NCBI GenBank assembly: GCA_026129095.1
Contig: JAHCIT010000005.1
Location: forward strand, 62,001-126,000
Direction: 5' to 3'
DNA: 64,000 bases
DNA from: Deltaproteobacteria bacterium
GTDB lineage: Bacteria; JAGRBM01; JAHCIT01
Below, in pieces: positions 48,405 through 57,300 of the stretch (position 1 is the stretch's first letter; every line of letters begins with the position of its first letter). The notes under the pieces are model-generated. The model did no database searches and had not been told where the DNA came from. It saw only the letters and a program-made list of their open reading frames with translations. Position numbers and translations under genes: made by a program.

Positions 48405-48628
48405 GACCGCCCCTTTCCGGCGGCCCGGGCCGCCGCGTCAGAGGTGGAAGTAACGAGCCGTTCAGCAACCCATGAGTCCAGGTCCTCGGGCCGGTAGCGG
48501 ACAATGCGGTAACCCGCCTTCACGTAACGGGGGCCGCCTCCACGGTGACGCCACGCCTCAAGGCACCTTGCAGTGAGCCCGAGCCGTTCGGCGGCCTGTT
48601 TGGGTTTTAAAAATGTGTTGTCTGGCAT
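48401..48628 (-). CDS. Excisionase/AlpA-like HTH protein
   Basis: FLKPKQAAERLGL....LEAWRHRGGGPRYVK.G..VRY...DLDSW. Confidence 0.9.
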   Translation of the reverse strand: MPDNTFLKPKQAAERLGLTARCLEAWRHRGGGPRYVKAGYRIVRYRPEDLDSWVAERLVTSTSDAAARAAGKGRS

Positions 48629-48725
48629 AATCGGAGCATCCTTTCGTCCAGCGGTAGGCGCTGGTTCTGATGCTCGATTGTGCCGGGTTTCGGGGCGGAG
48701 ATCGCTGTAAGAAACTGCACCTGTT

Positions 48726-49604
48726 TTATGGCTGTTTTCGGGGGCTCTTTTTTACAGGTTCAGGCAACTTCATGCCAAGCACCTGACAGACTTGTTCGAC
48801 GGCCAGTTGGACGGAACGGGTATGATTTTCCATGGCACGCGCTTTGGGTCTGGCAACCCGTACTATTTCTTCAAGTGTGCACCTATGGACGATTCGCTTC
48901 ACGGCCCACTCGAAATGTTCCGTGACAAAACCGTGATTCTTCTCGGGAGATTTAAGGACTCCCTGCCGCTGGTATTCAAGTTCCAGTCTGTCCAAGTGCT
49001 TCGACAGCCGCTCCATAAAAGTGTCCTTGAAGGATTTAGGGCGGCTCTTGGAACGTTTGAGGTTAATTTCTCGCCGAAACTCCCTCCAGACGATTTTGGC
49101 TGCTTTACTCCTGTGTTGAGTTTCAAGATCAACCCACATTGGGACAGCATCAAAACAGTAAAGAGACTTATTTTCCAGCGCCCATTTATGATGATTTACG
49201 CCCGGGCCCGGTGCTGGAAACACCTGCTTCATCCGTTCGCCATTTTTTTTCGCCACATACGTCCACGTCTCAAGCGTCTCGACTACGGAATCCAAGAACC
49301 AATCGTCTGGGATATTCGTTCTCAGAAGCCACCGGCGAAATTCGTCCGCAAACTCCCGGTAGTCCTGGGAACATTTGTTCGTGCTGGGCGTTCGCACCAG
49401 ACAGCGAATGATCTGGGGGTCAACTGGATTCTCCTTGCATTTTAGACGTACGTACACAGGGGCTACCTTTTGCCTGAGGTCAACAACGAGTTCCGGTGCA
49501 ACGCGGTTGAAGGCCTGGAGAAATTCGACTCTTGCCCGTAACGCATCTCCTGGCGTGTAATAGTCACCACTCGCTAGCGGCACGCGACCTTTCTTGCGTG
49601 GCAT
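48726..49604 (-). CDS. Hypothetical protein downstream of integrase (possible C-terminal HTH)
   Basis: 292-aa ORF, visibly more AT-rich; GGGAGG RBS at the integrase end. Confidence 0.7.
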   Translation of the reverse strand: MPRKKGRVPLASGDYYTPGDALRARVEFLQAFNRVAPELVVDLRQKVAPVYVRLKCKENPVDPQIIRCLVRTPSTNKCSQDYREFADEFRRWLLRTNIPDDWFLDSVVETLETWTYVAKKNGERMKQVFPAPGPGVNHHKWALENKSLYCFDAVPMWVDLETQHRSKAAKIVWREFRREINLKRSKSRPKSFKDTFMERLSKHLDRLELEYQRQGVLKSPEKNHGFVTEHFEWAVKRIVHRCTLEEIVRVARPKARAMENHTRSVQLAVEQVCQVLGMKLPEPVKKSPRKQP

Positions 49605-49608
49605 CAGT

Positions 49609-50808
49609 TCACCCTCCCGCCTGGCGGATCGGAACCACTTCCCCGCCCGTCCGTTTCTTCGCCACAGCCATTAGCTGTTTGCCGTGCCGGTCAAGGGCCT
49701 TACGGGCCTGATCTTCCCCGAGACGGGCATAAATCTTGGTGGTCTGAACGCTTGAGTGGTTGAGGACGTGGCCGATAAGCACAAGGGAGTTGCCCGACTG
49801 GGCGAGCCAGCTTCCCACGGTGCGGCGCAGGTCATGGAGCGTCACGTCCGTCACCCCGGCCTTTTCCCGCACGCTCCGCCACGCCTTGCCGATGTTCACG
49901 TAATGGCTTCCCGGTATCCCTCCGGGGATTACGTAGGGGTTCCCCTCTTCCCTCGGGAGTTCTTTCAGGATCGCCACGGCCTCGGGCGAGAGCGGAACCG
50001 TGTGCGCCCTGCCCGACTTGGTATCCGGCAACCGGAGTTCCTTGCTCTTTAAGTCAACGTCCGACCATTTGGCCCTGAGCAGTTCATTCTTGCGGACACC
50101 GGTGAGCAGGTAGAGCCACAGGGCCTTGCGGACATACAGGTTGGAATACCCGTTGATCGCCTTGGCGAGTTCCGGCAGCTCTTTGGCCGTTACCCACCGG
50201 TCCCGCTTTCGCTCCGGGTAAAGTTCGATACCCCGTGCGGGGTTGGGCAACCCCTCGGGCATCAGCCCCCACTGCTTCGCCAGTTCAAACACCTTGGCGA
50301 GCATCTTGATTGTTCGGTTGGCCTCAATCGGGGCGCCCTTGCCGATTTTCCGGTGAAGGTCCGCAATTTCCGCCCGGGTGATCGTAACGGGCTTCCGGTT
50401 GAGCCAGCCCGAGGGAACGTGCTTGTTGAGCCGCCTTTCGTCCTCTTCCCACGTCCGCTTGCGGGGCTTGGCGTGCCGTTCGATATAGACGGCCTTCAGG
50501 TCCCTGAACGTCTCGCCGCTACGGCCCTTTTCACGCTCCGCTTGCGGGTCTTTCCCTTCAATCACTTCAACCAGCTTGCGGCGTGCCAGGTCCCGCGCCT
50601 CATCCACCGTGAGCACCCCGTATTGCCCGAGGGCCATGAACCGTTGCCGCCCCTGTGCCCGGTATTTGATGACGAACGACTTTATGCCCGAGGGGTAGAC
50701 CCGCAATCCGAAACCGGGAAGCTGGCCGTCCCATTCGACCCGGCACCCCTTCCGGTTCGTGCCGCCCGGGTAGTAAACAGAGTCCACTTTTCGCTTGCTT
50801 AGTGCCAC
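49609..50808 (-). CDS. int: Tyrosine integrase with P4-like arm-binding N-terminal domain
   Basis: WDGQLPGFGLRV..SG.KSF; TGVRKNE; K; HDLRRT; LNH....TKIY; GTG start at 50808 behind GGAAGG. Confidence 0.95.
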   Translation of the reverse strand: MALSKRKVDSVYYPGGTNRKGCRVEWDGQLPGFGLRVYPSGIKSFVIKYRAQGRQRFMALGQYGVLTVDEARDLARRKLVEVIEGKDPQAEREKGRSGETFRDLKAVYIERHAKPRKRTWEEDERRLNKHVPSGWLNRKPVTITRAEIADLHRKIGKGAPIEANRTIKMLAKVFELAKQWGLMPEGLPNPARGIELYPERKRDRWVTAKELPELAKAINGYSNLYVRKALWLYLLTGVRKNELLRAKWSDVDLKSKELRLPDTKSGRAHTVPLSPEAVAILKELPREEGNPYVIPGGIPGSHYVNIGKAWRSVREKAGVTDVTLHDLRRTVGSWLAQSGNSLVLIGHVLNHSSVQTTKIYARLGEDQARKALDRHGKQLMAVAKKRTGGEVVPIRQAGG

Positions 50809-50838
50809 GCGAGCCGCCTTCCCGTCCCCGTGTCCGGC

Positions 50839-50872
50839 TGGTTGCTCGGCTGGAGCAACCACGGAGCAACCA
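50839..50872. repeat. Putative integrase arm sites, right
   Basis: TGGTTGCTC (inverted copy, 50839) and GAGCAACCA at 50853 and 50864. Confidence 0.75.
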
Positions 50873-50988
50873 CACGGCATGATTTCACGTGCGGGAACGT
50901 GCTTTCAATATGAGGCACCTTTCGGCATTTTTGCAAGCAATTTGTAGGGGTTATCGTATTTGGAAGGGTCTGGAAGGGTCACGAAACC

Positions 50989-51037
50989 CTGCCTTTTAAG
51001 CAGAGGGTCCCGGGTTCGAGTCCCGGGCGACCCACCA
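50989..51037 (+). repeat. attR: duplicated 3' 49 bp of tRNA-Lys(TTT)
   Basis: Identical to 46202-46250; preceded by TGGAAGGGTC x2 (50961-50980). Confidence 0.95.
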
Positions 51038-51297
51038 GTTTTAGGGCGGTCCAAGGCCGCATGTGTATTCCCGGCTGGCCCAATAAACCTGCGAAGTCCG
51101 CTATGCGTCAGCCCCCCGCCGGCTGCTGCTCGCTTCCGTCTGGATTTATCTCGCGGCGGTTTACCTGATGTTTCTCGTCTCGCCCTGGTACGGCGACATG
51201 CAGGTCCGGGCCGCCTTCGACCGGATACTCACCCACGCGGGGGTGGTGATGGGGGTGGCGGCGATTTCAAATCGTACCAAACATGTTCGGGATATCA

Positions 51298-51696
51298 TTA
51301 CCATACCACCCCGTACTTTCCATCGTAATCAGCGCAATGATCTTCCGGACCAGTAAATCCCTCATAATAGTAAACCTGCCCCAGCCTGCGAGCGTCTTCG
51401 CCCTCTTCGCCCAGCACCGGATGGTTCTCGATCAGGCAAACATCGATTAGGTCATCCCGACTGCACAGATCATCAGGGGAGAACTCGCCCCCGTCCTCTG
51501 AACAGTATTTTTCGACCTTCTCCTCTTCGAAACCGAAATAGCCTGACACATTTGATTGTATATTGATTTCAATACACATCTTTTCGTCAATATAATCACA
51601 TGAAACCACTTTAGCGCGAAATCTGTCGCATCCCGATAGGGCCAGTACAATCCACAGCACCCGTAGACCGATAGCACTGGTGAGTTCTGCTCTCAT
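51298..51696 (-). CDS. Acidic Cys-rich lipoprotein, candidate immunity protein
   Basis: Lipobox LSGC plus six more Cys; ATG overlaps the RHS stop (ATGA); more AT-rich than flanks. Confidence 0.7.
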   Translation of the reverse strand: MRAELTSAIGLRVLWIVLALSGCDRFRAKVVSCDYIDEKMCIEINIQSNVSGYFGFEEEKVEKYCSEDGGEFSPDDLCSRDDLIDVCLIENHPVLGEEGEDARRLGQVYYYEGFTGPEDHCADYDGKYGVVW

Positions 51697-52715
51697 GGCC
51701 ACCTGCCCCATTTCCATGGCGAATCGTTTTCATGGTCTTCCAGGAAGTTTATCTTTGGATCATGCCATTTATCGCGTAGAACGTTGCCTTGGTCATCTTT
51801 CAATTCCCGGCCAAACATCATGGCAAGCATGCCCATTGTTACATGTGACGCCACATATCCATCACCAAGCACGCCCGCCTGCTGTAAGTGCAACGATTCG
51901 TGGCTTACCCAATCGTGAAAGTTCCAGCCTTTACGGATTCCGTTCCGTTCGACCTTGAGCAGCATGGCGTGGCCGATAGTTTGCGCGGATGCTTTTCCCA
52001 TCACGAACCCGGTGCCTGAAAATACGATCGTCCCTTGGCCACCGACAGATTCGGCATGGATGCCAACATGCTTCCCCTGCATCGCACCAACTGCAATGGC
52101 CGCTAAACCTACCGACAGTCCAAGCATGGTGGTTTTCGCGCCGACCAGATAGCCATGGAATCCAATCCCCCCTTTTTGCTGGGTCGATGCGTAGGTTGCC
52201 GCGTCAGCACCGATCACAAATGGGTTTGCCGCCATCTGCCCAAGTGTATCCCAGAACGCATCCGACAGCCCAAAGCCGGGCAAGGGAATGGGGAGAATTG
52301 CCATGAAGAGTGCCTGCATGACGATGCTGATCACGCTGGATAACACTTTCAGCACGAACTTCTTCACCCACTTCCAGAACCCGTACCCGTCCACATCCAC
52401 CCGGTTCAGCGGGTTGTTGAGCACGTAGCTGAAGCGGTTCAGATCCTGCGGCTCGAACGTCCGCCCCTGCCAGTCCCGCACCTGCTCCGGGATGCCGTCC
52501 GCGGGCGAGGCGCTTCCCGACTGGAACCCCCATTCGACAAGCCGCATCGCCTGAAGCGGCGCGGGTTCGAGTTGCCGGGGGTCGGCCGAGATGAACCGGC
52601 CCGCCTGGGGGTCGTAGTAGCGGTTCTCGAAGTTCACGAGGCCAAGCGCGGCGTCCTGCCGCTTGCGCGTGAAGGTCCGGTCATTGGCCGGTCCGGTATT
52701 CATCGTCAGTTCCAC
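51693..52715 (-). CDS. Orphan RHS core C-terminus with HExxH-containing extension (5'-truncated rhs)
   Basis: RYYDPQAGRFISADP, LNRFSYVLNNPLNRVDVDG; then hydrophobic segments and HESLHLQQ. Confidence 0.85.
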   Translation of the reverse strand: MELTMNTGPANDRTFTRKRQDAALGLVNFENRYYDPQAGRFISADPRQLEPAPLQAMRLVEWGFQSGSASPADGIPEQVRDWQGRTFEPQDLNRFSYVLNNPLNRVDVDGYGFWKWVKKFVLKVLSSVISIVMQALFMAILPIPLPGFGLSDAFWDTLGQMAANPFVIGADAATYASTQQKGGIGFHGYLVGAKTTMLGLSVGLAAIAVGAMQGKHVGIHAESVGGQGTIVFSGTGFVMGKASAQTIGHAMLLKVERNGIRKGWNFHDWVSHESLHLQQAGVLGDGYVASHVTMGMLAMMFGRELKDDQGNVLRDKWHDPKINFLEDHENDSPWKWGRWP

Positions 52716-52821
52716 TGCCTTGCGCCCAGTATATCACGGCCCCCTGATCCCCATAATCAGAACTGATTTCTGTTTCTAATAACCCTTTTCCGGCATTCCC
52801 AGGGGCTAGGTCCGCCCAGTG

Positions 52822-52975
52822 GCCACGCCTCACCTCAAACGAGGCGTGGTGAGCCGTGGTGAAGCGTGGTGGCTGTAATTGACTGTTTTCACTCGCTATT
52901 TTTATGTGATATCCATCACTTTCTACCGGCCTGACCCGTGTTGAGGTGTGGCGAAGCGTGGTGAGCCGTGGCGGC
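52822..52975. repeat. Iteron-like 10-bp repeats (GAnnYGTGGY) in two triplets flanking an AT-rich spacer
   Basis: Triplets at 52841-52870 and 52943-52972; inverted copy at 52822-52831. Confidence 0.75.
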
Positions 52976-53114
52976 GGCCCGGTTCACCGGCCGGGCGCAA
53001 CCGGCTGGCGGCCGGTTTTCCGGGACCATAGTTTCCTGAAATAGAAGTAAATTACGGAACATTTAAGTCCCTTTGAGGCGGGGCCAGCGCCGGGAACGGG
53101 CTGGAACTGGCGGA

Positions 53115-53900
53115 TCAGCTTCCGAACCACTTGCGTAGTTCGTACTTGATCGTCTCGCGGCCCATCTTGGCGATGGACTCGGTCAGGGGGATTTCCTTCG
53201 GGCAGACCTGGACGCAGTTCTGCGCGTTGCCGCAGGCGGCGATGCCGCCGGGACCGAGCAGCGCCTCCAGCCTCTCGTCGGCATTGCGCTCGCCGGTCGG
53301 GTGCATGTTGAACAGGCGCGCCTGGCTGATGGCCGCCGCCCCGATGAAGCCGGTTTTCTCGTTGTAGTTCGGGCAGGCCTCCACGCAGCAGCCGCAGGTC
53401 ATGCAGGTGGACAGCGTATAGGTCACATGCTGGTCCTTCGGGCTCTGGCGCGGGCCGGGGCCCAGGTCATAGGTCCCGTCGATCGGGATCCACGCCTTCA
53501 CGCGCTTCAATGCCTCGAACATCGGCTGGCGGCTCACCTGCAGGTCGCGGATCACCGGGAACTTGCCCATGGGCTCCAGGACGATGGGCTGCTCCAGATG
53601 GTCCACAATGGCCGAACAGCTCTGGCGCACCTTCCCGTTGATGACCATGGTGCAGGAGCCGCAGACCTCCTCCAGGCAGGCGCATTCCCAGTTCACGGGG
53701 GTGGTGGGCTCGCCTCCGGCGGTTTTCGGATTCTTCTGGACGCCCATCAGCAGCGAGATCACGTTCATGCCCGCCTCGTAGGGGACCTCGAACTCCTGCC
53801 AGTAGGGCGCCGAGCCGGCCTCGTCCTGCCGCTTCACCTTGAACCGGACGGTCTTGCCGCCGCCTGTGTGCTGCTGTTCGCTACCGTGCGCCTGCGTCAT
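53115..53900 (-). CDS. sdhB: Succinate dehydrogenase iron-sulfur subunit
   Basis: CLEEVCGSC, CMTCGCCVEAC, CGNAQNCVQVCPK. Confidence 0.96.
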   Translation of the reverse strand: MTQAHGSEQQHTGGGKTVRFKVKRQDEAGSAPYWQEFEVPYEAGMNVISLLMGVQKNPKTAGGEPTTPVNWECACLEEVCGSCTMVINGKVRQSCSAIVDHLEQPIVLEPMGKFPVIRDLQVSRQPMFEALKRVKAWIPIDGTYDLGPGPRQSPKDQHVTYTLSTCMTCGCCVEACPNYNEKTGFIGAAAISQARLFNMHPTGERNADERLEALLGPGGIAACGNAQNCVQVCPKEIPLTESIAKMGRETIKYELRKWFGS

Positions 53901-53946
53901 CTTTGTCTGCTCCTGGAAAAATATCCGGCCTGTCCCGCCCGCCGTG

Positions 53947-55704
53947 TCAGTCGTATTTCCGGGCCACCGGCTTCATCAGGGAGATATCCACGTCCTCGTA
54001 GGCAATCTCCGGTGCCTCGGTGAGCCCCACGAACTTCGCTCGCGTGGTCTTGAGGAACTTCTCGTCATTGCGGTCAGGAAAATCGGGCTTGTAGTGGGAA
54101 CCCCGCGATTCGTCGCGCTTCAGGGCCCCCAGCGTGATGACCCGCGCCAGCGCCAGCATGTACTTGAACTGGCGGGTGAACAGGATCTCCCGGTTCATGC
54201 GCGAGCCCCGGTCCACGATTCCCGTCCGGCTCCAGCGGTCCTGAAGCTCCTGGAGCTTCACGTCGGTTTCCTTGAGCTTGTCGTTGTACCGGACGATCGT
54301 GACGTTCTCGGTCATCAGGTCGCCGAGCTGGTCGAGCATCCGGAAGCAGTTCTCGCTGCCGCTCATGCCCTTGATCCGGTCGAACTCCTCCTGCTCGATC
54401 CTCACCGCGCCGGTGAATACCGATTCGGCCACCTTGTCGCCGGCCTTCTTCTGGTTGCCGAGGTAGTCCAGTATCTTTTCGGCCGAGTAGAACCCGCCGA
54501 AGATGCAGGAGACGAGCGAGTTCGCGCCGAGGCGGTTCGCGCCGTGATACTGGTAATCGACCTCTCCGGCGGCGAACAGGCCCGGAAGGTTCGTCATGTG
54601 GCCGTCATCCACCCACAGGCCGCCCATCGAGTAGTGGACGCCGGGGAACACCTTCATGGGCACCTTGCGCGGGTCGAAACCGGCGAACTTCTCGTAGATT
54701 TCGAGCACCGCCTTGAGCTTGGTGTCCAGGTAGTCCTTCGGCAGGTGCGTCACGTCCAGGTAGACCATCGCCTTGCCGTCTATGCCGAGCCCCTTGTTGA
54801 ACACGACATCGTGGATTTCGCGGGAGGCGACGTCACGCGGCACCAGGTTCCCGAAGCGCGGATACTTCTCCTCAAGGAAATACCAGGGCTTGCCGTCCCG
54901 GTAGACCCACACCCGGCCTCCTTCGCCGCGCACCGATTCGGAGATGAGCCGCAGCTTGTCCGAGCCGGGGATGGCGGTCGGGTGGATCTGGATGAACTCG
55001 CCGTTGGCATAGTGCGCGCCGCAGGCGTAGGTAGACGCCGCCGCGCCGCCGGTGTTGATGGCCGAGTTCGTGGACTTGCCGAAAATGAGGCCTGGGCCGC
55101 CCGTGGCCACCAGCACGGCGTCAGCCTTGAACACCTTGAGTTCCATCGTCGGCATGTAGACCGCCACGATGCCCCGGCAGATGCCTTCTTCATCCAGCAC
55201 GGGACGGAGGTATTCCCATCCCTCGAACTTCTCGACCGCACCCTCGGCCTCGTAGCGGCGGACCTGCTCGTCCAGCGCGTACAAAAGCTGCTGGCCGGTG
55301 GACGCGCCGGCGAACGCCGTGCGGTGATGGAGCGTGCCGCCGAACCGGCGGAAATCGAGGAGCCCCTCCGGTGTGCGGTTGAACGTGACGCCCATCCGGT
55401 CGAACAGGTAGATGATCCGGGGCGCGGCATCGCACATCAGCTTCGGCAGCTTCTGGTTGGCGAGGAAGTCCCCGCCCTTGATCGTGTCCTTGAAGTGAAG
55501 CTCCGGTGAATCGCCCTGGCCCTTGGTGTTCACCGCGCCGTTGATGCCGCCCTGGGCGCAAACGGAGTGGGAACGCTTCACCGGAACGATGGAAAACAGC
55601 GACACGGTGCCGCCCAGTTCGCAAACCTTCATCGCGGCCGAGAGCCCCGCGAGCCCGCCGCCGACGATGATGACGTGATTTCCTGCCTTGCCCTGTGCTG
55701 TCAT
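53947..55704 (-). CDS. sdhA: Succinate dehydrogenase flavoprotein subunit
   Basis: GGGLAG, RSHSVCAQGG, QIHPT, HYSMGG, HGANRLGANSL. Confidence 0.97.
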   Translation of the reverse strand: MTAQGKAGNHVIIVGGGLAGLSAAMKVCELGGTVSLFSIVPVKRSHSVCAQGGINGAVNTKGQGDSPELHFKDTIKGGDFLANQKLPKLMCDAAPRIIYLFDRMGVTFNRTPEGLLDFRRFGGTLHHRTAFAGASTGQQLLYALDEQVRRYEAEGAVEKFEGWEYLRPVLDEEGICRGIVAVYMPTMELKVFKADAVLVATGGPGLIFGKSTNSAINTGGAAASTYACGAHYANGEFIQIHPTAIPGSDKLRLISESVRGEGGRVWVYRDGKPWYFLEEKYPRFGNLVPRDVASREIHDVVFNKGLGIDGKAMVYLDVTHLPKDYLDTKLKAVLEIYEKFAGFDPRKVPMKVFPGVHYSMGGLWVDDGHMTNLPGLFAAGEVDYQYHGANRLGANSLVSCIFGGFYSAEKILDYLGNQKKAGDKVAESVFTGAVRIEQEEFDRIKGMSGSENCFRMLDQLGDLMTENVTIVRYNDKLKETDVKLQELQDRWSRTGIVDRGSRMNREILFTRQFKYMLALARVITLGALKRDESRGSHYKPDFPDRNDEKFLKTTRAKFVGLTEAPEIAYEDVDISLMKPVARKYD

Positions 55705-55741
55705 GTGAGTTCCAAAATCCTTCAGTATTCGCCTGGAATAA

Positions 55742-56488
55742 TCAGTTGCCGGACGCTTCCGGCAGCGCCGGTGCCTCTGAAGCCGTTTCAGCGAGCACGG
55801 CGTGGTGCTTGCCCGCCTCCTCCGTGCGGGGCTTGCCCCAGCCGAAGATCACGGCGGCCCCGACGCCCATGCCCGCCAGCGCCAGGAACAGCCCGAAACA
55901 GGCCAGCGCGGCGAGCTTCTGCGCCCTTGCCGTGATGGCGATGCCCCACTTGCAGAGAATCGAGAACATCCCGTTGGCGAAGTGGACCGCCGCGAAGACA
56001 CAGAAAACGACGTAGAAGATGTTGGCCGGGATTCCGAGCACCGAGCCGCTGCCGATGTAGTTGTACATGTAGGCGGCATCCGGCTCGACGCCATTCACCA
56101 GATAGTTCCAGCGGGTGTGATAGACGTGGTAGCCGATCATCACGAACAGGGCGACGCCGCTCCACCGCTGGATGTCGAACATCCAGTTCCGCAGGTACGG
56201 GTACTGGGTCGCGTTCTGCTTGGCCTCATACGTGAGGTAGAAGCCGTAGACGCCGTGAAACAGGAGCGCGGCGACGAGCCCGATCTCGATGACCGGGAGC
56301 ACGGGGATCGCCTGGATCGCCTCGCCGTGCTCGTTCCATGCCTTGTCGCTCCAGAAAATATACGTGTGGGCGTACAGGTGCTGGAGCAGGAACACGCCCA
56401 GCGGCACGACGCCGCTCAGGGCGTGGAGCCGCCGGAGAAGGAAATACCGTTCGTTCTGGGTGGGTAGGACCGAAGCGTCGTGAGCCAT
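55742..56488 (-). CDS. sdhC: Succinate dehydrogenase cytochrome b558 subunit (single-anchor, Bacillus-like)
   Basis: RRLHALSGVVPLG.FL..HL, FHG, QRWSG, YH, HFANG. Confidence 0.93.
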   Translation of the reverse strand: MAHDASVLPTQNERYFLLRRLHALSGVVPLGVFLLQHLYAHTYIFWSDKAWNEHGEAIQAIPVLPVIEIGLVAALLFHGVYGFYLTYEAKQNATQYPYLRNWMFDIQRWSGVALFVMIGYHVYHTRWNYLVNGVEPDAAYMYNYIGSGSVLGIPANIFYVVFCVFAAVHFANGMFSILCKWGIAITARAQKLAALACFGLFLALAGMGVGAAVIFGWGKPRTEEAGKHHAVLAETASEAPALPEASGN

Positions 56489-56535
56489 ATCTGGTTTCTG
56501 CTGTCTTGCCGCCGTGATGTAGTTTGGCCGTATGC

Positions 56536-56552
56536 CTGTATACTGTATACAG
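56536..56552. promoter_or_regulatory. Palindromic operator upstream of sdhCAB
   Basis: CTGTATAC-T-GTATACAG. Confidence 0.55.
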
Positions 56553-56610
56553 ATATACGGCCCAACGCTGGCCCGCAGTGACCGCCGTGTCAAGATGAAT
56601 GCGGCTACAC

Positions 56611-56647
56611 AAAAAAGTTGCCCTTCCCCGGTCAGGGGAAGGGCAGC
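56611..56647 (-). terminator. Intrinsic terminator after dps
   Basis: GCTGCCCTTCCCC-TGACC-GGGGAAGGGCAAC followed by TTTTTT on the minus strand. Confidence 0.85.
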
Positions 56648-56663
56648 CTGCAAACAAAAGCCC

Positions 56664-57173
56664 TTATTCTTCCAGCAGGGAGCGGAGCATCCAGGCGTTC
56701 TTTTCGTGGAGCTGCATCCGCTGGGTCAGGAGGTCCAGCGTGGCCTCGTCACTGGCCTTTTCGGCTGTCGCCACGATGGACCGGGCCGTGCGGATCACCG
56801 TCTCCTGCCCGTTAACCAGTTGCCGGATCATCGCCTTGGCCTTGGGAACCCCCTTGGACTCGGAAAGCGACGACAGTTTGGCGAAGTCCGAATAGGTGCC
56901 GGGCGCCGGTTCGCCAAGGGCCCGGATACGCTCGGCGATCAGGTCAACGGCCAGGGCCAGCTCGTTGTACTGGGTTTCAAACATGAGGTGCAGCGTCTGG
57001 AACATGGGCCCGGTGACGTTCCAGTGGAAATTGTGGGTGGTGAGATACAGCGTATAGGTGTCGGCCAGAAGGCTGCTCAAGCCCCTGGCGATGGCCACCC
57101 GGTCCTTCTCCCCGATGCCGATGTCGATTTTCGGCGGCCCGCTGGCGCCGCCGCCCTTGTTCTTCTTGCCCAT
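56664..57173 (-). CDS. dps: DNA starvation/stationary phase protection protein Dps
   Basis: [36 protein letters not shown]. Confidence 0.96.
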   Translation of the reverse strand: MGKKNKGGGASGPPKIDIGIGEKDRVAIARGLSSLLADTYTLYLTTHNFHWNVTGPMFQTLHLMFETQYNELALAVDLIAERIRALGEPAPGTYSDFAKLSSLSESKGVPKAKAMIRQLVNGQETVIRTARSIVATAEKASDEATLDLLTQRMQLHEKNAWMLRSLLEE

Positions 57174-57300
57174 GAAAACGTCTCCTTTGCTGCCGCGTTA
57201 TGTGCATGACACGCGGCAACACCCGCCGCGCATCCTATCCGTGATGCCGGCACCAAACCATGACATTTGGCAGGGATGTCCGGCTGGACGGGCAGCCTGA

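Larger units (their letters stand above)
46202..51037. mobile_element. 4.8-kb minimal integrative element (phage-satellite-like) in tRNA-Lys(TTT)
   Basis: Perfect 49-bp direct repeat 46202-46250 / 50989-51037; integrase, xis/AlpA and helicase genes; GAGCAACCA repeats at both ends. Confidence 0.92.

Noticed and set aside
51168-51356. Small ORF after attR
   Set aside because: Short, overlaps the lipoprotein gene, no recognisable motif
52822-52975. CRISPR array
   Set aside because: 10-bp abutting repeats without spacers; no cas genes
56536-56552. E. coli-type LexA box
   Set aside because: CTG-N11-CAG is one base longer than CTG-N10-CAG, and the downstream gene is not SOS-related
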